A stretch of DNA of 64,000 nt from Paraspadella gotoi (taxonomy: Eukaryota > Animalia > Chaetognatha): positions 57,148 through 121,147 of the forward strand of contig JBJCIZ010000239.1 in assembly GCA_051294375.1 (NCBI GenBank), given 5' to 3'. A program made the position numbers and the translations under genes. The notes below the pieces were generated by a model. It had not been told where the DNA came from. It saw only the letters and a program-made list of their open reading frames with translations, and ran no database searches. Shown here in pieces: positions 42,105 to 54,861 of the stretch (within the stretch, counting starts at the first letter, position 1; every line of letters starts with the position of its first letter).

Positions 42105-44620
42105 CTCTCTCCCTCCGCGTCTCCAGCCTCCTCTCGTCTCTCGTCATCTCTCTCTCTCTCTATTCCCTCATTAAAGGCCGTCATTTGAAATTTAGCGGGC
42201 GAAGATCGACGCAAGTCAACGGAAGACCATCTAGCTCCATGTTTCCACCTGCGACGGAAGAAAAGGGAGAAGCGGGGGCGGAGGGGGGGGGTGTGTGTGA
42301 GAATTTGCCGTGAATTAAAAAAATGAAACAAAGATTTCTAGGGATTAAAAAACGTCTCCATAATTTAGTAATTAACGATTAAACGAAAGGAGAACATAAA
42401 AGTCGGATGTCCGAACCGATTAATCGAGCAATCAAAATCAATCACGTCGAATACCAAAAAAAAAATTCAATAAATCAATACCAATAAATCAATTAATCAA
42501 TAAATCAACATATCAAACTAAATAGAATAACTCGATCGATTAATTCAATCAAACAATCGAACGATCAAACATTCTATAAAATCAAATCAGTCAATCTATC
42601 GATAAATCGTAATTCGCCCACAACACATTTGGGTCTCGACCAATCAGAGAGCTCGATTCCATTTTGGTAATTTCTCCCGAGCCTCTGATCCGGTTCGCAT
42701 CTCTGTATCTCCTGTAATGAAAAACAATAACAACAACACAACAACAACAAAAACAACACAACAACACACAAAAGCCGGCGAACCCAAAGTTTGTCGATGA
42801 CGAGACGTAGAAACGACTGCGGTCGCTCGAACCTTCGAAGGAAAGAATTTCAACGACGATGGCCAAACAGATTCCGATCCACATTTCACCTAAAAAAATA
42901 AAACAGTTTTGTTTGTTTTGTTTTGTTTTTTGGNNNNNNNNNNNNNNNNNNNNNNNNNTTTGTTTTTTTTATTAGCTAAAGTTTAAATTTTATCTTTTTT
43001 TTTTATTACATTCTTTATTTTCACGGAGATAATTATTTTTCGCCAACTTTGTCGAAAAATTGTGACTTTCGATCACTACACTACCTAGTTGGAAAAGATT
43101 ACTTTAAAGTCCTCTCGTTAACAAAGTAGAGCTCTGGTTCTATCCCTGGTCAGAACGATCCTCGCAAAAGAGTGACGGGCCGTGGATAAGACGCTAAGCG
43201 GGCTGAAGACTACTATACGTAACTTCTGTGCCCCCCTCAGCAGCCATGAAACGTGTCCTGGGCTTGGAACCAGTTTTGAAGGTTTTCCACGCCCCCCAAG
43301 GCGGTTTACGACCGTCCTCACGCTTCCCGCAAGGTAGGTACCGGGTAGGTCATGAGCTGATGGCTTTACGCAATGAGCCACCCGGTGAGCAACTTGCTAC
43401 CTAATCTTTAAATAAAAAAAGATTTTATTTCAAATTCACGATGGAATGGGGGCGTTCTGCGAAAACAAGGCCAATGTTTCGTTAGTAAAAAAAACAAGGA
43501 ACGGTTATTCCAAGGTGTTGCGCCGCATTACTTTTCTTTTTACTTATCATGTCATTTGTTCCTTATAGTTTATAAGATTTCTTTAAAAACAAAAGGCGGC
43601 GCCAGTAGTAGCTTAGATTTGATTTTTAACAAATGAGAAACAAACTATAGTTATAAGCGTTTTTAACATAAGTGGGACAGATCAACGGACAGGCATACCG
43701 ACGGACCGACCGACCGACCGACCGAAAAGTGACTTATAGAGTTGCTCCGCGAGTACTCGCGGCGCAACTAAAAACTTGACGAGACGCTGACCAAAGACGA
43801 AGTTTCCGATGAGGGAGAAATAAGCGTTGGGCGAATCCAAGTAAAATAATGCGGCGGAAAAAGGAAGCGAGAGAACGAGAGAGCAGAGGACGACGCAGAT
43901 CCGTCCTGGATAAATTTAATAAATAAATAAAATAAATAAATTAATTTAATAAATTAATCTAATCATTCGATCGATCAATAGTTGAAGGAATCAATTGATC
44001 AATCGATCAATCATGTTCGGGGATGGATTAGAATGGATTAGAATGGATTAGAATCGATAAGAATCTAAAATGAATGCAATAAATAAAATAATTAAATCAA
44101 TGAATTCATAAAGACATCCGTATTTGAATCGATCACTCAATTATTAATAAAAAAATATTAATAAAAAAACCAAATATATTAATCTTATTCCTATAGCTAA
44201 ATAAAGGAATAAATCAATAAATTTTATCCTTTGATCAATAGATAAATAAATCAACGTAAAAAAAGATGTCAATATGAATCCGTCGAATGAAATTTTAAGT
44301 TATCAATCGGTCAATAAATGAATAAGTAAATAGAATAAAAATCGATAAATCATAAGGTATTTACTATATGTGGACAAAATCTGTTGTATAACTTTTGAAA
44401 CTTTAGAAATGTCAATACTCGTCTTTTCCCCTAAATCGTCTAAAAAAATATAGAAATAAAAAAGAAAAAAAAAAAAGAAAAAAATTCTTATTGATAAAAA
44501 GTTATGTGTGGCGTCTGGACAAGAGGTTAGACTCGAAGATTCCTTCATGATTTATGAAGGCGAAAGGATTTAGAATCAACAAACATCGAAGGGAGAGAAA
44601 AAAGGGGGAGGGGAGGGAGG

Positions 44621-44711
<91 letters not shown>

Positions 44712-45077
44712 GGGAGAGAGTGTGAAAGAGAGGATGGAAGAAAAGTGAATTGAGAAAGGATGAAATGATTTGAAAACAGAAAAAAAAAATGAAAAGGGGG
44801 AGGAGAAAAAAGAAAGAGAGATAAAGAAAGAAAAAGGATAAAGGAAAAGATGAAAAGTAAAAATTTAGAAAGAGAGAAAAGAAGAAACTGGGAAAAGAGA
44901 AACAGAAAACCCCCGCCCCCCCCCCAGAAAAAACAAACAAAAAAAAAACGGGGATCGAAGAGAAAAAAAAAGCGATCAATTATGCAAAACCTGTGACTCC
45001 CATTTTTTGGCACCAACCGGTCGGAAGGCGAAGCCGCCCAAAATACTGCCAACGGATCTGAGGAGGATTGGGGGGTG

Positions 45078-45173
<96 letters not shown>

Positions 45174-48100
45174 AGGAGAGAGAGAAGAGAGAGAGAAAGA
45201 GAGAATTGGAGCACACAAAAATAAACAGATTTAAATAAATTTTCTCACATCTGTTTTTTTTTCTTCTTTTTTTCGATCCGATTTTTCNNNNNNNNNNNNN
45301 NNNNNNNNNNNNNNNNNNNNNNNNNNNNNNNNNNNNNNNNNNNNNNNNNNNNNNNNNNNNNNNNNNNNNNNNNNNNNNNNNNNNNNNNNNNNNNNNNNNN
45401 NNNNNNNNNNNNNNNNNNNNNNNNNNNNNNNNNNNNNNNNNNNNNNNNNNNNNNNNNNNNNNNNNNNNNNNNNNNNNNNNNNNNNNNNNNNNNNNNNNNN
45501 NNNNNNNNNNNNNNNNNNNNNNNNNNNNNNNNNNNNNNNNNNNNNNNNNNNNNNNNNTTATATTTGAGGTTTTTTTTCTGTCTTAACAAATGAGCAACTA
45601 ACTATAAACAAGTTATGAGCATTTTTAACTTACTCGCGGCGCAACTAAAAATATACTTAAACCTATAATCCAATCTTTAACTTTATTCCTAACCCTATTT
45701 TCCCTAATCTCCTACCTTAATCCCTAATTCCTAATCCCTAATCCTTAATCCCTAATCTTTAACTTGACCATAACTTTATACCTAAATCATCAAGTACAAG
45801 AAAAACAAAAAAAAACAAAAAAAAACCCCAATTCCGAATTTAATATCAAAACGGGGCATTCTTAGAAAATAAGACTAAAATGGGTCTTTTTGAGAGTCTG
45901 GACCGAAGTCACTAAAAAAAAAAAAACCCGCATCAAAAATGATTAGGTTCAGTAAATCGTCATAAAACGTGTCGAGTTAGACGTAAAAGGGAATTTTTAT
46001 TCCGGTTGGCGATGGTACTTTTCCAATTTTTTTTCCTCCCTTCTTTTTCTTTTCTCCCCCTTTTTTTTTTTTAGTTGCGCCGCGAGTACTCGCGAAGCAA
46101 TTCTATAAGTAACTTTTCGGTCGTTAGGTCCGTCTGTCGGTCTGTCTCTCGGTTGGTCTGTCACACTTATATTAAAAATGTATATAATTCGCCTTTAGTT
46201 GGTTGCTCATTTGTTAAGAAAGGAAAAAAACTCTCAAATCTAAGCGACTGCTAGCGCCGCCTAAAGGAAATCCTAAAACTATAAGGAATAAAAGACATAA
46301 TTTCAATGCAGTGCATACATATGGAAAAATTTTAGTCATGTCATATCATGTGATCAAAGAGAAATACTCGTGAAAATAAAGTCACTGCGGCGCAACACAT
46401 TGAAATCACAGTTCTTGTTTTATTTTTATAACTTTAACCTCCCTGTGTCTACAGGTATTTCTTTTTTTTTCTTATATTTACTTTTCAGACAGTCACACAC
46501 ATTTTTTAAAAACTTTATTTATTTCTTTCGTTTGATTCTTGACTTTTCTTTTTTATTTTCCCATGATTTTCTTTTGATATTTTTTTTCTTTTTCATCTTT
46601 CTTTTCTTTTTCTTTTTCCATCCTAACTTTTTAACACGATTCATCATATCTTTTTTTCCCTTAGTTTCCTTCTCATATTTTTCTCTCTTTTCTCTCGGAA
46701 TCGATTATCAAATAAGATCAAAAATGGATTCTGTCCAACGAGGATATAAAATAAGGCCAAGTAGGAAATTGGAAACTCGGGGCGAAAATTGGGCGAACTC
46801 GGGACGATGGACTTGTGGCGAATATTGAGCAAAAATTATGGCAAACCTAATGCGAACTTGGGGCAAATTTATGACGGACTTGTGGCGAAATTGGGCAAAG
46901 TTATGGCAAACCTAATGCGAACTTGGGGCGAAATATGGCGGACTTGTGGCAAACTCTGTGAAAACTTGGGGGCAGACTCTGAGCAAACTTTGGTCAAATT
47001 TAGGGAGACTTAAAGCGAATTTGAGAAAACTTAGGGCGAACTTAAGGGATATTTAAGAAACCGGGAGAAAACTTGGAACACACTTTCTTCTGTCAACGCT
47101 TCGTTTTTAGATAAATTAATACATATTTAAACGTCTTAAAGCTTCTTGGATATTATATGTATCCCTATCAGAAAATACAATTCTACTTTGTTGTCTTAAC
47201 CCTCAACAATAACGAATCATAAATAACCTTAATCCCCTAACAAATTATCCTCTCCACCCCTTTCTGTTCAGATTTTAAAATATTTTGAAATTTTCAATAA
47301 ATGACTTCTTAACAAGAATGATGACTAATATCTAATTAGAAAACTAGGTCAGAAAGTAACTTTTAACCTTGTGTTGTATAGATGCTCCCTCTATTTCCAG
47401 AAGACAACACTAACATCCCTCTCCCCATTATATTATAAAGAATATAATTAAATCTAATATATAGTGAAATTTATAAATTTTTTACATACAAAATTTTAAA
47501 GTCTAATTCAGTAAAACAAGAAATTTTGCAATTTTAATGATTCACGAATAAACTATGGGATGAGTAAGTTTTTACTTGAACGTTAGAGAAATATTTTTGG
47601 TTAAATAATTACAAAGACTAATTATCACCAAAGGTCACTATCTTTAAACAAGAGAGACCCTGTTATCTCCGCGACGCATGAAAACCAAAATATAAAAAAA
47701 AGATTTATTGTTTCCAATTCCGCCTAAATATGAATCGATATGAGAGAATAAATACGTTAGACCCTTCGGCTCGAGTCTCTCTCGCTTGGTAAGGGGGGCC
47801 CGCCGGCCGATGGCGGCAGCTGCGGGTCGGCCGCGGTCGCTGCGCCGCTGCGCCGGCAACCGCGACGCCGCCGGACCTCCGAATATAATTCACTGAAAAA
47901 ACGATGGAAAAATGTCAGAAAAATAACCACCTGCTGAGTTAATGCGATTCTTGTGGTTATTTCCATTTTTTTTGGCATGTTGGTACGTATGAAAGCGTAT
48001 ATGTTGGTATGTATGAAAGCGTATGCGTTTGAAAAATTGATACGTACGTAGTTTCCAGTTTCCTCGTTCCTTTTGCGTTGTTCCTAAGTATTTCTAAAAA

Positions 48101-49623
48101 TTGAATTTTATCGTTCAATTTGCTTGAGGGTCATCGTATATGCGGTATGAGTACATAATATTGGTGATTAACATCGTTTTATATTTCGGTTAACATCGCT
48201 TAACCATAGTTCATTAGCGAAGTAAATGTTTATAGTACATATAAGATGAAGCGTAAATATCAATCAACTATTTGAAGAAAATAATACATCTTCAAAGCTA
48301 CTTCTAAATACTACTACAAATATTTAGGAATAATAATATAATAATAATATAATATAATATAATAATAATAATATAATATATAATATAATAATACTGACCC
48401 TGAAACAGCCGGAATCCACGACATCCACTTGGCGATTTCTTCTGGCGAATCGCCCATGAGGAGAAAGTAGACCTGATGTCGAAAGTGGAAAATGAGAATG
48501 AGGAGAAAGTAGACCTGATGTCGAAAGTGGAAAAAAAAGAATGAGCAAGGATTTTTAAATGAAAAGACCGATTATTTTTTTTAGAGGAAAAACAGAAAAA
48601 AAAAATTATGTATGGAAAAATAAAAATAAAAGAGAAACCCTTGAGTAATTAGGAAAAAATTTTAAAAAATGAAGAAAAATAAGTACAAAATAAAAAAAAG
48701 TAATTCATGATTAAAAAATGTTAAAAACAAGGAATTGTATTTGCAATGCAATGCGATGCATTTTTAGGTCTAAGCAAGACTTGAATTTTGACTCCTTGTA
48801 CACTGTACAAGGAGTCAAAATTCAAGTGTACATTTTACAGTGTACATTTTATCACATTTATTAATTAACACACTTAAATAACAAAAGAAAAAAAAAGCAA
48901 AAAAGGCGAAAGAAAGCGGCGAAGAATCGAAAACACTGGGGATTCGGGAGAGAGAAAAAAAAACCTCCAGAGTCAAGAAAGAGGAAGAAGAAGAAGAAGA
49001 AGAAGAAGAAGATGAAGAAATGGAATTACACTCATGTGCAAATAAAAAAACCGCGCCACTTAATAACTTTAAATACCGGACGCTCTATAAAATTAAAAAA
49101 AAAAAATTATATAAGAAAATAAATTTCAAAAAAATGAATCAATATGCATAAATTTTATAATAATCGGTCAAGAGGTTTAAGAGATGTGATTTTTTAAACT
49201 TGAATGTTCTAAATCAAGATAAGAAAATTAAATATTATTCGAAATTTCAGAATTATTAACCTATAATTTATCTGTTTTTTTAAAGATCTTAAAACTATTT
49301 TTAAGGATCTGGGTCTAACCAATTTTCTAGCTATCCTTCTTTATTTATTTTTAATCTATAACAAACGATACAAAATATTAAAAAAAGTCATAATTGAGTC
49401 AAATTTTTTTACGTTTATATTTTTTATAAAATACTTCATTTAAAAAAATTACTGCTCCTAAATAAATAGCTCGATTTTGATCAAATTTATGCTTAACTTT
49501 AGTTTCCTAATAAGTTTCTGTAAAAAAAATTCTAACATTCAGGAAGATTTTTAAGGGCTGATATAAAGTGGCGCGTTTTTTTTTTTGCACATAACTGTAG
49601 AAGAAGAAGAAGAAGAAAAAGAA

Positions 49624-49656
<33 letters not shown>

Positions 49657-50171
49657 TCAATCAAGCCTCTCGGTAAATTGGAGAGAAAATGGAAGGAGAG
49701 AAAAACTCGGCCTCCGATTTAATCATCATTCTCATCAACTTGGTCGTCGTTGTCGTCGTCGTTGTCGTCGTCGTTGTCGTCGTCGTCGTCATTCTCGTCG
49801 TCGTCGTGGGGATCGTCGTCGTCTATAACAACAACAACGACGACAACCTTCACCTGATTGTTGTAGGCGAAACAGAGTCCGGCTCCCATTCGAATAGCAC
49901 TCGCGACAAACACGAGCAAAACGACGGGTCGAAAGAAAAGAGAGATCTTTTCTTTCCTCTCCATCTCCTTTTCCTCCTTTTTCTCTTCTTCTCCTCTCCT
50001 TTTCGTCCCCTCTCTCTCCTCTCCTATATTTCCTTTCCTCCTCTCCCGGTTTTCTACTCTCTCTTCTCCCTTTCTTTCCTCTTTACGATCTTCTCTTTCT
50101 ATTTTCCTCTCCTCCCTTTCGTCCAGCTCGACTTCTTTATTTTCTTTCTTTTCTCTTCTACCGTCCTCCTT

Positions 50172-50222
<51 letters not shown>

Positions 50223-50361
50223 CTCCATCGACTCTAATATCTTTTCTTTCCTCCCTTTTTCTTTCTCTCTTTTCTTCTTTTCTTCTTTGTCCTCTTCTCT
50301 CGAAAGAGTCTCATCGTCCTCGATCCGCTTTTCGCTCGATTGCTCCTTTGTTCGCTGACCC

Positions 50362-50393
<32 letters not shown>

Positions 50394-51063
50394 ACCGACC
50401 GGAGATTCGTTCTTGCCTGTAGAGGGCGGGCGACGTTCGCTCGGCGCTGCTCTGTCGCGGCTGAAGCGGCGTCACCTTTTCGAAACCCGCAGCTACGAAA
50501 CTCTCGCGGAACAAAAAAGTCCTTTTGTGATATTTTGTGATAATTTTTTTTTTTTTAAATAAAACTAGATCCATACTTGATGATCTTTAAACTAACTTTA
50601 TTTAACTAAATAATTTTAACTATAAATATGAAGGATTGCAAAATGCAAATAACAGTTTACTAATACTCATTCTTAATTTTTAATTTTTTATCATTTTATC
50701 AAATTTAATTTTCAGATAACAGTTATTCTATTTATACTTTATAAATTATTTTTTAGTTTATTTTTATACTTTTTATATTTATAAATAATTACTATTTTCT
50801 AACCGCGGGTTTCGATATGGAACACCTCTCGAAATTCTCACTCCGACCCGCGTTCTCTCCGTGCCCGATCGGCGGCGCCTCTTCCACCAGCTCGGGCACG
50901 CCGTGCCGCTTCGGCTCTCGCACCGACGCGAGGATGACGCCGGCCAAGAGAATGCCCGGCGCGCCGGCGACGAAGAAGGCGGGGCGCCAACCGAGGCCGA
51001 GAATATCGGCGCCGGATACGAGATTGCCGACGAGAAAGGAGAGGCTGAAGCCGAGGTAGATCC

Positions 51064-51144
<81 letters not shown>

Positions 51145-51237
51145 GAGAGAGAATGGAAAAAGAGAAATAAAAAAATGGGGTCGTCCAAACAAAGTATCCG
51201 TTCTGTTATTTTCCTCTCTCTCTTCTCTCTCTCTCTC

Positions 51238-51289
<52 letters not shown>

Positions 51290-53347
51290 CTCTCTCTCCG
51301 CTTTCCCCCCCTTGTTATTTTACGTTTTCCGCTGTTTTTTTCCAACGCCATTTCTCATCGTCGCTGTTTTGTGTTTTGTGTTTTGTGTTTTGGCGTGACA
51401 TCATTTCCCCGAGTCTGACGAAACCCCATCGTCAACGCGCCGACGCCGATGGCGACGACGACGACGAGGATGATGACAACGATGATGCATGACGACGACG
51501 ACAACGACCATGGTGATTGTTAAAGACGACCACTACAGCGACGATGACGACCATGATGAAGGAGATTTTGACGACCACGACTAAAACAACGACGATTATA
51601 AAGATGAAGATAATGACGAAGACAAAGCGGATGATGATGAAGACAAGAAAACAACGACGACGATGACAACAACGGCTACAACGATGACAAAGACAAAGAC
51701 AAAGATGATGACAAAGAATATCGCAACAACAAATAACCACGACAACAACGACAACGACAACAACAACGACAGCCTCCGGTGAAAAACAGTGGGAGAATTC
51801 TGGAACAGAAATCGATAAGTCATCAACGAGAAAAAAACCTTTGCGAACGAAAAGATAACAACAACAACGACTTTGGCTAAAAGAGAGGATAACAAAACAC
51901 TTTTCCACTATTACGCCCGTCGTTTGCTATACTACGATGAAGACGATGACGATGACGATGATGTTAACGATGATAACGATGGTTATGATGATGTCGTTGT
52001 TAACGATGATGACGATAATGAAAATGATTTTGATCGGCCATGATGAATAATGCTGATCATGATAATGATTTTGATCGGCCATGATGAATAATGATGATAA
52101 TGATAACGATGCTGATGATGACGACGATGATGCTGATGATGATAGCGACTGCATAGTAAAAAGTAGTACATGATCCTTAAACTTGAGCAAAAAATATTGT
52201 AAGACAGTATTTCGCAAAGAGCCACCACGTTGATTATGAATATAATTATTTCCTTAAAAAGATCGGTCCATCCAATGTGTTTGTACTTATGACGCGCACT
52301 GCATCGGAATCCCATCTTTTATTCTTTATAGTTTTAAGATTTCCCGTAGGCGGCGCTAGCGGTCACTTAGATTTTAGATTTTTTTTTTACTGTCTTAACA
52401 AATGAGCAACCGACTAACGTGAGTGGCCCATACCGACGGACAGACATACCGACCGACCGAGAAAAGATACTGAGAAAGTAATGATAGCGACAACGGTTAA
52501 TCATTAAAATAAAGAAATGAGCCTGACCTAATTGAAAGAATCCCATTCCTAAGCCTCTGAATTTGGCGGGAAGAATATCGGCGATGATGGAAGAAGCGAA
52601 CGGAATGCATCCCGCTTGAGCGACGCCGAGCAAGAGGCGGAGGAGAAGGAGTTGCCAATAGGACGTCACCTGGGAAAGGGGTGGGGTGGTGGGGTAGGGT
52701 TAGGGAAGAGGGGGGGGTGGGGTTGTGGGGTAAGGAACAGGGGCAAGTTCGGGTCAAGGATGAAGATTTAAGAGTGAAATTTTTTGGAGCGAAATCGGGG
52801 AGAGTGATTATGGGATGCTGTTGGATTATGGAATGTGTAAATTTACCTTGCTCACTGAACACAATGCTCACACATTGCTCAGCCTTATAGTTTTAGAATG
52901 GCTAAAATCGCTATATTGTAATCACAATTGAGTCCCACTCCTACACTACGAGTTTTAACTCTAAATTTATAAGCAATGAGCAATAACAAATATTGATTTG
53001 TTTGTCTATAGAAAATCTATAAAACCAATTTAACAAAACTAAAATTAGTCTTGAATTTGTTTTTTCACTACAAAAAATAACTAATAATTAAATATTGTTT
53101 ATTGACGGGGATTTTAGTCTTATTTTTTTAATACATTTTATCTTTCACAGTTTTCCATTATTTCATTATTAAAATGACGGCGATTGAAGGAACGAAATGG
53201 CGTGCGGCGGATTTCAGGGTTTAGCTTCTTTTTTTCTCGCAGCTGAATGTTCGGCGACTGACAATAAAAAGGCATCGGAAACGACTTTGAAAAATAAATG
53301 GACAATAAAAGAAATATTCTGGACTCTGAAGGCTTTAAAAAGGAGAG

Positions 53348-53381
<34 letters not shown>

Positions 53382-54750
53382 CAAGAGAGAGAGAGAGAGA
53401 GAGAGAAAGAGCAAGAGAATCAATTTCATAGTTATTTTAATCCAGTTGTACACTTTTTTAAAATTAAAAAAAAGATTTAGGCGGGACACAAGTTTTATTT
53501 CACGAATTTTTTGTTCCCTCCCAATTTAAATTCCAACGCATGATCTCTCCTTTCCTCTTTTTTTCCTTTCCTCTTTTTTTCTTTTCCTCTTTTTTTTCTT
53601 TCCTCTTTTTTTTCCTTTCCTATTTTTTTTCCCTCTTTTTTTTCCTTTCCTCTTTTTTTCCTTTTCTTTCTTTCTTCCTTCGATTTATTAAATTATATTC
53701 TCACCATTTTTTTTTTAAATTCCAATTTTTTTTCTCCTGATCATTCGAAAAAATTTAATCGTGAAAATAACTTTTTTTAAAATTTCTTGGTTCATTTTCT
53801 CATAACTTTTGTTAATTTCGTCAGTTACTTGTTTGAATGATTAGCTGGATGGTTGGAATTGTAACGGTTTGGTTGGAAGATTGCTTAGTTGGCTATTAGA
53901 TTGGTTGGTTGATTGTTTTATTTCTCCGTGTGCTTGGTCGTTATGCTTGCTTGTTTTTTAATTCGCTTGTTCGCTATTTCTCTTATCTAATCTTATCTTA
54001 TCTTATCTTATCTTATCTTATCTTATCTTATCTTATCTTATCTTATCTTATCTTATCTTATCTTTATATTATCTTTATCTTATCTTATCTTAATCTTATC
54101 TTATCTAAACTTATCTTATCTTTATATTATCTTTATCTTAATCTTATCTTAATCTTATCTGAATCTTATCTTAATCTTATCTTAATCTTATCTGAATCTT
54201 ATCTGAATCTTATCTTAATCTTATCTTAATCTTATCTGAATCTTATCGTAATCTTATCTTAATCTCATTTTACCCTCTCACCATCCCGAACCTCACCGCG
54301 CTCATAGCCATCGTCGTGGCCGACCAAAGCGTCATAAAAGCCGACAAGAGTCGTTTTCGATTGAATCTGTCGGCCAACCGCCCCGTCAGCAGCGAGGAGA
54401 CGGTGTAAACGAAGATGTACGCCGGACCGACGAGAACGGCAAAGTCCCATCCGCCACCGAAGTAGTTCCATTCGCAGGCCGACGCCGCCTCGCATTCTGT
54501 GGCGTTGAGAAACGCGCCGCACTCGGCGTCGGAATCGGCGCGGCTCCGCGGCGGCTCCGGCGTCGGAAGGGTGGCGTTGGGTGCGAAAGATGGCGCGTCC
54601 TTCGCGAGGCAGACTCGGTCGCCGAAGCGAAGGTCGCGGGCGAGCGGCTTGGCGAGAATGGCACCATGAAGCGGTCCACCTATTGGAGGAAGGGGTGTTG
54701 AACGGGATTAGAAGGGAGCTCTTCTTCTCTTCTCTCTCTCCTCTCTCTTC

Positions 54751-54789
<39 letters not shown>

Positions 54790-54798
54790 TCTCTCTCT

Positions 54799-54861
<63 letters not shown>

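Noticed and set aside
51420-52150. Poly-Asp, Val or Ser ORFs
   Set aside because: Degenerate GAC/GAT/AAC trinucleotide tract within intron 3; exons 3 and 4 join in phase without it.
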